The translations under genes and the position numbers were made by a program. The notes under the pieces were generated by a model. That model did not search any database, was not told the DNA's origin, and worked only from the letters and a program-made list of their open reading frames with translations. Positions 27,633-37,582 of a stretch of DNA of 64,000 bases are shown piece after piece. Every line of letters starts with the position of its first letter. The stretch's first letter is position 1. The DNA comes from Phycisphaerae bacterium (GTDB lineage: Bacteria > Planctomycetota > Phycisphaerae > UBA1845 > Fen-1342), in the NCBI GenBank assembly GCA_963675745.2, contig CAXXWX010000027.1, positions 160,001-224,000 on the forward strand, read 5' to 3'.

Positions 27633-28895
27633 CTACTCGCTGTGCGCGGCGAGAATGCCCTCGATCATGTCCGCTTCATAGCGGATCATGCGGACGATGC
27701 CGATGCGCTCATCCTTCTCGCTGTAGTGCGTGTTGCGGAATTCCCAGACGATCTCGCCGTCCGTGGTGACCTCAAACGCGCGGCCGGTGCTGGACTCGGA
27801 AATCAGCGTGTTGCCGTTGGGAAGCCGCTGCGCCGAACCGCCGCCGCGCGTGTAGAAATCCGTCGGCTCCGGGGCCTTGTACTCCCACACAATCTCGCGC
27901 GTCAGCGGGTTCATCTCGACGACACGCGACCAGTCTCGCCGCAGGCCGTTATCAAAGACCATGATGTTGCCGGTGGGCAGCACCTGTGCATCGTGGGGCC
28001 CCGAGAGCACGCCGTGCCCCCACGCCCAGACCACTTCATTTGCGGGCCAGTTGATTATGAAGATCGCGTCCTGGTGGCGCGAACACACCAGGATGTTGTC
28101 GGGGCCATAGATGTCGTCGCGCTCGAAGAGGTGTTTCTGATGCATCCACTCGATCGCGTTGAGGTGGAAGAGATCGACCCAACGTTCACCGCCCAGAGTG
28201 TTGGGAGTGACCCGCCGGAATTTGTAGATATCCGGCCGCTTGGCCAGGGCTTCATAGACCGACTTCATGTGCTGAAGTTGACCGTCTTGGTTCAATAGAA
28301 ACAGGTGATCCTCGCGCGTCGGAACCTGCGCGTTCATCTCGGCGATCAGACGGCGCTTGAAGCCCAACACCAGGAGCTGGTCGTCAGGGGTCACCTCAAT
28401 ATCATGATGCACACGCAGTTTCTGCTTCCAGAGTACCGTCCCATTCCAGTCAAAGCGCATCACGTAGCGCGCCTCGTCTGAGATGCGCGGCACCGGCAGT
28501 TCGCTGTTCTCCGAGCCAACCACGAGTAACTCGCCGCTCGGCAGCAGCACGGCCCGTTCCCAGAAGCGGTTGTCATCGACACTCCAGGAATTGACGAGGT
28601 TGCCCTCGGCGTCGATCAATTCGGCTGTGCAGAGCTTGCGAATCGTGTAGAGGTTGAACCCGGGGTAAGAACGCTCCACGTCACGCGACACGACGCCGTC
28701 CGCCTCCTCACCCTCCTCAACCTCGGTGAAGCTGACATAAGGCAGCGAGCGCAGATGGTCGAGCTTCGCCTGCACCGCGGCATCGTCTTCGGTGTCCGGC
28801 TCTGTCGTATTGGAGGCCGGTTGCTCGGGCGCGCGGTCGCACCCCACAATGGCAAGCACGATGGTCACACAAGCGGCCAAACGGCGGCGGTTCAT
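27633..28895 (-). CDS. Arylsulfotransferase (ASST) family lipoprotein
   Basis: Lipobox IVG-C; VHHDI, DLFHLNAI, SGPHDA, VFDNG, GSAQRLPNGNTLI, GEIVWEF beta-propeller motifs. Confidence 0.9.
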   Translation of the reverse strand: MNRRRLAACVTIVLAIVGCDRAPEQPASNTTEPDTEDDAAVQAKLDHLRSLPYVSFTEVEEGEEADGVVSRDVERSYPGFNLYTIRKLCTAELIDAEGNLVNSWSVDDNRFWERAVLLPSGELLVVGSENSELPVPRISDEARYVMRFDWNGTVLWKQKLRVHHDIEVTPDDQLLVLGFKRRLIAEMNAQVPTREDHLFLLNQDGQLQHMKSVYEALAKRPDIYKFRRVTPNTLGGERWVDLFHLNAIEWMHQKHLFERDDIYGPDNILVCSRHQDAIFIINWPANEVVWAWGHGVLSGPHDAQVLPTGNIMVFDNGLRRDWSRVVEMNPLTREIVWEYKAPEPTDFYTRGGGSAQRLPNGNTLISESSTGRAFEVTTDGEIVWEFRNTHYSEKDERIGIVRMIRYEADMIEGILAAHSE

Positions 28896-29029
28896 AAGAT
28901 CGTCTCCCATCAGCAGCGCCGCGTTCGGCGTATTACTGTTAAACTCCTCATGATACGGAGTGGCCATCGACCGAACAAGTAACGGGCACCGGCCGAGCCA
29001 TCACCACCATCACCGAGCGCGGCGCCGCG

Positions 29030-30454
29030 CTATGGCCCATCTTCTCCTCCGAGGTAACCGAGCGCCTTTAACTTGCGCCGCACGTCCTCGGGCCAGTCCT
29101 CTTCCGCCAGTTTCTCCGGGCCCGCGTCGCCATAGAGCGCGGCGAATCGCTCGGCATCCTGCGTCATACGGTTCGAAATCTGCTCCATCAGCAAGCCGGC
29201 CTCTTCGCGATAGCGCCCCGCGCCGTGCACCGTCTCATCCGGCGACTCTTCCACGTTGAACACTATGCGCGCGTCACTCTTCAGATCGCGGATCAGCTTC
29301 CAAGGGTAATCTCGCACCGAGGCGTGACTGGCGCGCGGTGTTTCAAGCCGCGCGAATGTGGCAACCTCATCGGTAGCGTCCCGACCAAAGAGCGAACGAC
29401 CCTGCAAACCCGGTGGAATCGGCAGATTCGCAAGTTCGAAAACAGTCGGGAAAATGTCAATTGACTCGACCGTGGGCCGGAAACGCTCGCCGGCCTTCAC
29501 CACCCCGGGGTACGCGATGATCAGCGGAACGTGGAGCGACTCGACGTAGAGCTGATAGCCGTGCCCGCGCATTCCGTGTTCCCACAACTCCTCGCCATGG
29601 TCGGACGTGAACACGACGATGGTCTGCTTGTCCAGCGCGCGCTCCGCCAGATAACGCCGCAGGTCACCAAATGACGTGTCATTGTGTGTGATCTCGCCGA
29701 GATACAGCGAACGAATGCGCTGTTGGTCGGCGTGCGTCAGGTCACGCCGGTTGATAGCTTGCAGCGTGCCGCTCTTGACGCTGCCCGCATATCCACCGCC
29801 GTACCGGTCAAACTGCGCCGCGGGCACATACGGCTCGTGCGGATCAACGGTCAGAATCATCAGGAAGAACGGCTGCTCCACGGACGCCATCCAATCCTTG
29901 GCCACGGCCGTGACCTGCTCCGATGACGCCGTCAATTCGAGTGCGGTCACCGGCCCCGGTTGACGGCGATCGTACAACTCCATGTATTGGTCAAAACCCT
30001 GGGCGAATCCGAAGAATGAGCCGATGTTCGGGTTGGTGACGATGGCCGCGGTGGCGTACCCGTGTTTCTTGAGCGCCTCCGGCAAAGTCAGCACGACGTC
30101 GTCGAGGCGGTCTTCGCGAGTCTGCGTACCATGTGCGTCCGGGTACAACGAGGTCAGCATCGAAGCGAACGAGGGCCGGGTCCACGAGGTCTGCGAATAG
30201 GCATTCTCAAAAAGCACGCCATCCTCGGCCAGTTGATCGATGCTCGGCGTCTGGACGACCGGATGCCCGTAGCACGCGAGGCTGTCGGCGCGCACTGTAT
30301 CAACGACGTACAGGATTATGTTCGGCGGCACCTTCGGCGAACCGGGTGTGTCGCCGGGCTTCTCACTTGTGGCGTCACGACCACAGCCGCCGCTGGGCAG
30401 CGCGACACTCACCAGCACCAACACGGCCAACGCACATTTGCAGACAACCGGCAT
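29030..30454 (-). CDS. Sulfatase family lipoprotein (Ser-type motif)
   Basis: PNIILYVVDTVRAD, TPSIDQLA, SWTRPSFAS, DPHEPY, TSDHGEE, LHVPLII; C-terminal KLKALGYL. Confidence 0.92.
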   Translation of the reverse strand: MPVVCKCALAVLVLVSVALPSGGCGRDATSEKPGDTPGSPKVPPNIILYVVDTVRADSLACYGHPVVQTPSIDQLAEDGVLFENAYSQTSWTRPSFASMLTSLYPDAHGTQTREDRLDDVVLTLPEALKKHGYATAAIVTNPNIGSFFGFAQGFDQYMELYDRRQPGPVTALELTASSEQVTAVAKDWMASVEQPFFLMILTVDPHEPYVPAAQFDRYGGGYAGSVKSGTLQAINRRDLTHADQQRIRSLYLGEITHNDTSFGDLRRYLAERALDKQTIVVFTSDHGEELWEHGMRGHGYQLYVESLHVPLIIAYPGVVKAGERFRPTVESIDIFPTVFELANLPIPPGLQGRSLFGRDATDEVATFARLETPRASHASVRDYPWKLIRDLKSDARIVFNVEESPDETVHGAGRYREEAGLLMEQISNRMTQDAERFAALYGDAGPEKLAEEDWPEDVRRKLKALGYLGGEDGP

Positions 30455-30501
30455 TCGCTTGCACCTCGCACATCTCCATGCGCATAGTTATCGTCTTTGC
30501 A

Positions 30502-32190
30502 TTATAGCTTGCTCGCGACGAGCTCGAGTATTTCGCGTTCGAGCGTGACGGCTTGCGCCTGTATTTGCTCACCACGCGCGAGAATGTCCGCCATCCACGA
30601 CTTGTCCTCAATGTCCTTCGCGTTGATCTTCACGTTCAAAAATGCGCCGATAACCGCCGAGCGCGCCGCAAGCGCGCCGACTCCCGCGTCGGACACGCTG
30701 GCCGGGTTGCCAATCTCGGCCATGGCCTTACAGACCTGCATGCACGCCAGCGATTGCTCCATGGTGCGGAACGGAACCTCGATGGCCTCCTTGGTGGCGG
30801 CCTGGATGGCGTCGTTCTTCGCGGCCTGCTCCGCATCAGTGCCGCTCGGCAGACCAAAGGCGGCCATGATCTTGTTGAACGCGTCAGTGTCCTCGTCGAT
30901 CAGCCGCAACAATTCGTCATGACACGCCTTGCCCTTTTCGGCCCACTGCGAAAACTCCTCCCAACGCCCATCCCAGCCGCGCTTGTGGCTGGAGAGATTG
31001 GCGACCATCGTGCCCAGGGCCGCCCCCATGGCGCCCATCGCCGATGAGATCGACCCGCCACCCGGCGCCTTGGACTCGCTGGCGGTTTCCCACACAAAGT
31101 CGCGCACGCGCATGTCAACCAGTCGGCGTTGCTGTGTCTCCGCCGCGATCGCGTATTCGATGATCTTCTCTTCCGGCTTGAACGGATACAGCTCGTCGAG
31201 CCCGAGTGACTTCACCGCGATCTTGATCAACTCGCGATCGCAAACGCCCAACGAACGCTCCTGCTTGCGCAGGAAATAGCGTCCGGCGTCGAGCATCGAC
31301 TTGAGAGGGACAAGGCCGACCACCTCCGACCCCGTGACGCGCACGCCGCGCGCCGCCGCCCGCTCACAACACTTGTCAAACGCGATATGAATGGGGGTCA
31401 CGCTGATATTGGTGAGGTTCATCGAAATCTGCGCGACGCCATACTCCTCGATGAACCAGCCGATACCTTTAACGCACTTCAACTCACCGGGGATCCAGAC
31501 GTCATCGCCGTTTTCGTCCTTTACGAGTGGGCCGGTGAGCGGATCACCGTCGCGTTTCTTCCGGCCCTTTTCTCGCACATCGAATGCGATGGCGTTTGCG
31601 CGGCGGGTCGATGTCGTGTTGAGATTGACGTTGTAGGCCACCAGGAAGTCGCGCGCCCCGACCGCCGTCGCGCCACTGCGCGGATTGAAGGTCGCCGGAC
31701 CGAAGTCAGGCGCCCATTCGGGTTGGCTGAGCCGCTCGGCCAGCGCTTCGTATTCGCCGGCACGCACCACCGCCAGGTTGCGCCGCCCTTCCTGTCTCGC
31801 GGCGTGCTCATAGCAAAACACGGTGATACCGAGCTCGTCGCCGAGCCGCTTGGCCAGCACATGCGCATGGGCCACGGTCTCTTCCATCGTGATGTTCGAC
31901 ACCGGCACCAGCGGGCAGACATCCGTCGCACCAAACCGCGGGTGCTCGCCGTGGTGCTTGCGCATGTCAATCAGCTCGGCGGCTTTGCGCACTCCGCGCA
32001 CCGCCGCCTCAATGACGGCCTCGGGCGCGCCGACGAACGTGACGACCGTGCGGTTGGTGGCGGCACCGGGGTCGACGTCGAGCAGTTTCACGCCCTCGAC
32101 CGTTTCGATCTGGTCGGTGATATGTTTGATGACGGACATGTCGCGCCCCTCGCTGAAGTTCGGGACGCACTCGATGAGCTGATTGGCCAT
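30502..32190 (-). CDS. ftcD: Glutamate formiminotransferase / formiminotetrahydrofolate cyclodeaminase fusion
   Basis: LIECVPNFSEGRD, NRTVVT, GEHPRFGATDVCP, GARDFLVAYN, QISMNL; cyclodeaminase APGGGS and NVKIN. Confidence 0.95.
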   Translation of the reverse strand: MANQLIECVPNFSEGRDMSVIKHITDQIETVEGVKLLDVDPGAATNRTVVTFVGAPEAVIEAAVRGVRKAAELIDMRKHHGEHPRFGATDVCPLVPVSNITMEETVAHAHVLAKRLGDELGITVFCYEHAARQEGRRNLAVVRAGEYEALAERLSQPEWAPDFGPATFNPRSGATAVGARDFLVAYNVNLNTTSTRRANAIAFDVREKGRKKRDGDPLTGPLVKDENGDDVWIPGELKCVKGIGWFIEEYGVAQISMNLTNISVTPIHIAFDKCCERAAARGVRVTGSEVVGLVPLKSMLDAGRYFLRKQERSLGVCDRELIKIAVKSLGLDELYPFKPEEKIIEYAIAAETQQRRLVDMRVRDFVWETASESKAPGGGSISSAMGAMGAALGTMVANLSSHKRGWDGRWEEFSQWAEKGKACHDELLRLIDEDTDAFNKIMAAFGLPSGTDAEQAAKNDAIQAATKEAIEVPFRTMEQSLACMQVCKAMAEIGNPASVSDAGVGALAARSAVIGAFLNVKINAKDIEDKSWMADILARGEQIQAQAVTLEREILELVASKL

Positions 32191-32420
32191 GGTTTGCGCT
32201 TCCTGTTGCATTAGAGTGCGGATCGGGCTCTTCCCGCATCACCGCCGCGTGCGTCAACGCCGCTCGCGCCTCGAAAACACCCATGCTGACATTGATTCCC
32301 CGCGCACGCAAGCCACCAGGCCCACTAACTCATGACCGGCGGCGCACACAAACCCAGTCAGCCGTCGCGTCCGCCCCCGAGTCGGCCGCCGGCAGCATGC
32401 CCATCCGTCAGCCGACGAGG

Positions 32421-32489
32421 GTGTGCCACGGCTCTGTGAGCCGTGCTGTGCTTCGCTGCAAAAAACACGGCTCACAGAGCCGTGGCACA
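32421..32489. repeat. Inverted pair of REP-like palindromes GTGCCACGGCTCTGTGAGCCGTG / CACGGCTCACAGAGCCGTGGCAC
   Basis: Also at about 17863-17885 and 40561-40587. Confidence 0.8.
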
Positions 32490-32606
32490 CGATACACGTT
32501 ACCGCCGCCGATCAAAGCGTCCTTACAGCGTAGTGGCTCGACGTCGGAGTCGGCCGTGACCGCGCGAGAATGTGCGCTCGTGAGCCACGCACGGCGCGTT
32601 GACGCG

Positions 32607-33335
32607 TCATTCACCGCGGCGGGCGCGGGCGGCGGCCCGGCGTTCCTCGTAGACTTCCTCACAGGCCGGCGGACGGAGGTAGTTGGGTATGATCTCGTGC
32701 GGCTTGCAGAAACGCCGCTCGGCCGCCAGGCGCTGTCCGACAGCCGCCGTGTGGGCCGCGCGGGGGCGCCAGTATTCCGCTGCCAGCACATCGCCGCCCG
32801 ACGCTTGGCACGCCTGTTCGTGATACTTCACGCCCTCACCGAGGATCGCGAAGGGCCGCTGCACGCCGGCCAGCCACGCTTCCGGCTCGCGTATTTCCGC
32901 CGGCGCCAGGGTTCGCAGGTCATCCGCAGCGGTACGCTCGAATGCCGCGCCAAAAACCTGACCGCGTTTGGCGTCGAGAATGGCGATCACGCGTTGTGGT
33001 CGGTTCGGATGCCCCAGCGCATTGCGCGCGATCACTTCCAGCGTCGGAACCGCCACAACCTCACAACCGACTGCCGACTGCGCCATGCGCGCGACAGTCG
33101 CCGCCACGCGCAGGCCGGTGAAGCTGCCCGGCCCGGTTGAATACGCCAACACCCCCACGTCCATCAATCGACAGCCCTGATCGGCGAGCAGATCACGGAT
33201 GGTGGGAATGAGTTCCGTGGTGTGTCGTCGATCGGCCGACAAGTCCCGCGCGGCGATGACCGCGCCATCACGCGCCAGCGCTACGCTCCCCCACAATGAA
33301 GCCGTCTCAATAGCAAGCAGCAGGTCCACCGACAT
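32607..33335 (-). CDS. tsaB: tRNA threonylcarbamoyladenosine biosynthesis protein TsaB
   Basis: LLAIETA, GPGSFTGLRVA, ILDAKRGQVF, PNYLR. Confidence 0.93.
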   Translation of the reverse strand: MSVDLLLAIETASLWGSVALARDGAVIAARDLSADRRHTTELIPTIRDLLADQGCRLMDVGVLAYSTGPGSFTGLRVAATVARMAQSAVGCEVVAVPTLEVIARNALGHPNRPQRVIAILDAKRGQVFGAAFERTAADDLRTLAPAEIREPEAWLAGVQRPFAILGEGVKYHEQACQASGGDVLAAEYWRPRAAHTAAVGQRLAAERRFCKPHEIIPNYLRPPACEEVYEERRAAARARRGE

Positions 33336-33375
33336 GCGGACATTGTAAGTGACCAGCGACGAATTGCGAGTAGAG

Positions 33376-33496
33376 GCGGTCAGCAGTCAGCTTTCAGCGG
33401 TTAGCCAAGAGCGGCAAGCCGCGTGCTTCGGCTGAGTGCTGAAAGCTGATAGCTGATAGCTGATAGCTGAGTGCTGATAGCTGACCGCTGACAGCT
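33376..33496. repeat. Mirror-image heptamer arrays (TCAGCnn)n ... (GCTGAnn)n
   Basis: Left arm 33376-33405, right arm 33432-33496 (GCTGATA repeats). A short remnant of the same heptamer is at about 50443-50473. Confidence 0.85.
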
Positions 33497-33501
33497 ACGC
33501 G

Positions 33502-36500
33502 CTATTTCTCAAACGTGGTGTCGAAGTATCCGCCCCGCCGCTCGGCGATAATCTCGGGCCGCGCGTTGTCCTGGCGCAGGATGACCGCACTATCAATAGT
33601 CCCGTTACCGTTGCTGTCTTCGAGCAGCGGATCACCGTTACTGTCGAGCACCAGACGCGGCAGCATTCGGCTACAGTCGATCGTCGCCTGCGTGTGGACG
33701 CTTGACTCGGGGGTGTCGCGGTCAAACACCGTGCTGTAGACGGTAAACGTGTTGCTGCGCGTCGTCAGGTAGTGCGTGTCGAGCAAAAGCAGCAGGTTGA
33801 TCGAGCGCAGGAAGTCACCGCGATGCACCGCCGACAGCACATCCACGACCGGCAGGCCGTCCTTGTCGAACCAGGTCGAGTCAAAGCCCTTCACATTCAG
33901 CAATTCGCCGACGGTCAGGAAGCCGAGGTGCTCATCGGTGCCGATGCCGCGCGGCGTGTGCTCCCCATACACCGCCGGATTACCGTACCACGGGCGCGCA
34001 TGGGCGTTTGTGTAAATCTGCTCGATGACCGGGCCGCCGCCGAGTGACCCACCCTCGTAGTACGGTGTCTTGTCGCGATAGGCCGCGATCGCCTGGCCGA
34101 GCCACGCGCCGAGGCGGTAGGTGTCATACGTGGTGTCGGTCGGGTGATTCCAAACGTGCGGATGCGTCTTGGGCTGCGAGTCGGCGACGTACCCTCTCAC
34201 GTCGGGCAGATACGTGTCGTCCGCGTTGCGCAGCATGCAGCGCGGCGCCCCATTCGCGTCTAATCCGACAAACACGCCGCTGTTCACATCCCAAAACGCG
34301 GGTGATGCGCCCGCCGCCGACAAATCGCCGACCGGGTTGAGCAAAGGCAGTCCGGCGAGCACATACCAGGGCGCCGTGTTGATGTTGATGCGCCCGGGAA
34401 TGCGATAGTAGTCGGTCTCGATATCGTCCGCGGTGCCGTAGGTCTCGTCCACCCCCGGGTAAACCGGCAGAATCGTGGTGAAGTAATCGAATACCAACTG
34501 CCCCCAGGGCACACGCCCGGCGTTGTCATCCGTAAAGAGCCCACCGGTAACCGCCGGCTGCTTGTTGTCAAACAGCGGCATGTGTCCAAAGTCCAGCGGA
34601 ACCTGCGCAGCGTCTGGCACTACCGGCACACCGTCGTAACCCTTGCGCACCCATTCGTCGCGCAATGTCATCGACACCGACCGCCAACCAGTGGATTGCG
34701 TACCGTCTCCGCCCGTGAATTTCCCGCGGCCGTGCGCATAACGCGGGATCAACGCCATCCAGCCGACGGTCGGATATGCCTTGGGCCGGTAGTCACCCGC
34801 ATGCATGGTGAAGAGCGCACCACCCGGGGCCAGCGGATTCAGCTTCGGATTCACGGTGTACAGCGGCACGGCCCGGGCCTTGTTCGTGACGCCCGGACCT
34901 TCAATACCGATTGCCGGCTTCAATTCCTCGCCAAGCCCGTCGTGGTCGCCGGACATGGCGCCATAGCGGGCATCCGGAGAACCCGTACCGCCAACCGGCA
35001 CCGGCTGGAATGCGATCGCCGTCCGCCAACGGGTCGGGCTACCCACGGGCCCTCCGAGATAGTCTTCCGCAGTGGTGTCGCGATACGCCGTCTCCCAGTC
35101 TCCGTGTAAATCCTTGAGATCGGTCGTATCCTCGGTGCTGGTCGGATAGTCCACCTCCAACCGGTCAACAAGATACTGGCCACCGACGCTCCCTTCACGC
35201 CACAGCCAGACTTTGACCCGTTGCGGGCCGATGGCTGCCCACTGCGCCGCCGTCAGCCCGGTTTCCTCATAGTCCGGCGCGCCGGATGTTGTTCCCAGGT
35301 TGTCGGCAAAGGCCGTATTTACAACATTACTGAATGCCACAACGTAAAAACTGCGCGGCGCGATCTTCACGCCGGCCGCCGAGATGGCATGGCTGTCCAA
35401 AGGCCCATCGACGCCGGGCTCGTTCGAGTCAAAGCTGACCTCGTACTGCCCCAGATTGAGCTCACGGTCATACGGGTTAAAGAACTCCACCGCCAGCGAA
35501 AGCTCGTACGTAGTCGCGTCTTTATTCGGGTCCACGTCCGCAAGGAAAGCACCCACTTGCGTTATGAACGGCTGCGGCGCGTAGCCGAAGAAACGCTCGC
35601 GCGTCGTGTCATACCGCACGGCGTCGATTGTGCCGTTGACGTATGGCGCGGCGGAGGCAACCGTGTTGATCGCCAACATATACGCCTGTTGCTGGCGCGT
35701 CACGATCTCGGTGGCGGCTGATTCGCCGGCCCACCCGGCGTGTCCGCTGAGCATGTCGTAGTAGTAGTTCGCCAGACGCTTGATGATCGGCTCCCCAACC
35801 GCCGGCACGTAGTTGCCCGTGGTCGCGTTGAACGCCGTGCTGACGTCACCGAGGTAAAACTTGATCTGCCCCTCAAAGACACCCTGCTTGGTGCCGAGCG
35901 GAAGATCATCATCCAGCTTGCGGCAGATCTCATCGCTGTAACTCACCGTCGTCAGCAATTGTCGCCGGTTATAGCTCTCGATCGGGCCGCCATTGGCCAT
36001 GGTGTTGTAGGCGGGGGCATCGAGCGCCGCCGCCTCGGTCCAGTATTCAAACTGCCGGCCGGAGCCGATCACTGCGTCCTGGTGTATGTTGTAACGTTCG
36101 TTGTCCTTGTTGACCTGCGAACCGCGAGCACGGTATGGCGGCGCGAAGATCGCCTCCAGGTCCTGGTCCCATTCCAGTTCGGAGAGGACTGCGGGTACAC
36201 GACTCGAGCGGTTGTCATCGGAGCCGTAAACCAGCCCCCCCCGCCGCCGCAACCACGGCTCAACGTTTTCCGCATCCTCAAACAGTGCGGCGTATTGGTC
36301 GTTTGGATCACCAAGCGTCGCGCCGCCGAGCGTCAGGCCATCGGCCAGCCAGCCGAACATCGAACGCGCAAACCACTCGCTCGGCGAGCCATCATAGCCC
36401 GCCCCGATCGAGACCATGCCGCCATGCGACACCACGCGCCCGGCGACTTCAAAACTCGCCTGCTCCTTGAAACGCTGCCAGAGGGGGTCACCCTGTCCGC

Positions 36501-37170
36501 TGTTAAGGCTGAAATCCTCTTGGATTGCCAGGGGCACACGCACCGGCGTACCGCCCACCTGGTTCGCAAAGGCAGTCAGCGCCGCGGTCGCCACCAGCGA
36601 GCAGTCGGGAAAACCGACGCCCGCGGCATCCATGAATGCGCTGAGCGCACTGCGATCCACGTCCGCCTCGCTGATCCCGTTGTCGTCGCTTCCCTCCTGG
36701 TCGTAGTTTCGCAGAAGCTGCACAAGCGAGTGACCAAGCGTTCCGGTGCCCCGCGTTCCGCCGGCAAACTGCGACAGTGCCGGGAAGCGCACGCGCAGCA
36801 AACCCTCATAGACGCCCAGCTCGGCGGGGTTATCGTCCTGCACGTATTGCGGGGCATCGAACAGATAGCCATCGGGGATCAGCACCGGCTGCGAAGACGA
36901 CAGCCACTTCGTCTGGCCATAGCCGGCGATGTCCGCGTAAGCGCGGCCGAAGGTTTCGTAGCGCGTGGCGGCGATCTCGGAGTAAATCAGGTCGTTTACG
37001 TCGATGACGACCGCCCGGACTTCCTTCCCCTTCTGAACGGAAGTCAACGTGAGCTGATCGGAGCGTGCGACGGCGATGTAGGCCATTAACACGACAAACA
37101 GCATCGCCAGCAACCCCACTACCATGAGCAGGATCGTCGCTCGTCGATCGCTTGTGTGCCTACGTCGCAT
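33502..37170 (-). CDS. Very large PilX/GspK-like minor pilin (about 1220 aa)
   Basis: RRATILLMVVGLLAMLFVV N-terminal helix without E5; PGRININTAPWYVLAGLP and LTTRSNTFTVY resemble GspK-like motifs; last gene of the pilin operon. Confidence 0.75.
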   Translation of the reverse strand: MRRRHTSDRRATILLMVVGLLAMLFVVLMAYIAVARSDQLTLTSVQKGKEVRAVVIDVNDLIYSEIAATRYETFGRAYADIAGYGQTKWLSSSQPVLIPDGYLFDAPQYVQDDNPAELGVYEGLLRVRFPALSQFAGGTRGTGTLGHSLVQLLRNYDQEGSDDNGISEADVDRSALSAFMDAAGVGFPDCSLVATAALTAFANQVGGTPVRVPLAIQEDFSLNSGQGDPLWQRFKEQASFEVAGRVVSHGGMVSIGAGYDGSPSEWFARSMFGWLADGLTLGGATLGDPNDQYAALFEDAENVEPWLRRRGGLVYGSDDNRSSRVPAVLSELEWDQDLEAIFAPPYRARGSQVNKDNERYNIHQDAVIGSGRQFEYWTEAAALDAPAYNTMANGGPIESYNRRQLLTTVSYSDEICRKLDDDLPLGTKQGVFEGQIKFYLGDVSTAFNATTGNYVPAVGEPIIKRLANYYYDMLSGHAGWAGESAATEIVTRQQQAYMLAINTVASAAPYVNGTIDAVRYDTTRERFFGYAPQPFITQVGAFLADVDPNKDATTYELSLAVEFFNPYDRELNLGQYEVSFDSNEPGVDGPLDSHAISAAGVKIAPRSFYVVAFSNVVNTAFADNLGTTSGAPDYEETGLTAAQWAAIGPQRVKVWLWREGSVGGQYLVDRLEVDYPTSTEDTTDLKDLHGDWETAYRDTTAEDYLGGPVGSPTRWRTAIAFQPVPVGGTGSPDARYGAMSGDHDGLGEELKPAIGIEGPGVTNKARAVPLYTVNPKLNPLAPGGALFTMHAGDYRPKAYPTVGWMALIPRYAHGRGKFTGGDGTQSTGWRSVSMTLRDEWVRKGYDGVPVVPDAAQVPLDFGHMPLFDNKQPAVTGGLFTDDNAGRVPWGQLVFDYFTTILPVYPGVDETYGTADDIETDYYRIPGRININTAPWYVLAGLPLLNPVGDLSAAGASPAFWDVNSGVFVGLDANGAPRCMLRNADDTYLPDVRGYVADSQPKTHPHVWNHPTDTTYDTYRLGAWLGQAIAAYRDKTPYYEGGSLGGGPVIEQIYTNAHARPWYGNPAVYGEHTPRGIGTDEHLGFLTVGELLNVKGFDSTWFDKDGLPVVDVLSAVHRGDFLRSINLLLLLDTHYLTTRSNTFTVYSTVFDRDTPESSVHTQATIDCSRMLPRLVLDSNGDPLLEDSNGNGTIDSAVILRQDNARPEIIAERRGGYFDTTFEK

Positions 37171-37280
37171 AAACCACCTGATATCGTGGTGCCAAAACTC
37201 CCTTGTCACCACATTATGCCGAAGCCGGTCAAGTTCCCAGGTTTCCCGTGCGCCCATTATCGGACGACGATTTCGGGCTA

Positions 37281-37525
37281 GTGGCGGCCGACGTTTTCGT
37301 CGGCCGACCAGCATGCCGACGCGAACAGCCGTCGGCATGGCACCCGATCTGACGGCCGGCGCCCAATCCTGTAACGACTGGCGCCCGATCGTGTAGCGGC
37401 CGGCGCCTCGTCGGCCGTCGATCGCCGACCCGCGTCCGTGTGACGATCAGTCCCCCACCTCAAGAGGTGGGGCACCCGATCTAACGGCCGGCACCCGATG
37501 TAACGGCCGGCGCCTCGCCGGCCGT
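37281..37525. repeat. REP cluster inside the pilin operon
   Basis: GTGGCGGCCGA...GGCCGA...CATGCCGACGCGAACAGCCGTCGGCATGGCACCC (also at 52878-52942), GTAGCGGCCGGCGCCTCGTCGGCCG, CCCCACCTCAAGAGGTGGGG, GTAACGGCCGGCGCCTCGCCGGCCG. Confidence 0.85.
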
Positions 37526-37582
37526 CAATCGCCTAGCGCACTACTTAATACATGACCTGTACAACGCCGCCTGCCAAGATCA

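Noticed and set aside
37171..37338. Shared N-terminus MPTAVRVGM... on ORFs 33502..37338 and 50515..52935
   Set aside because: Both derive from the same REP copy upstream of the genes. Family-typical starts are at 37170 and 52842.
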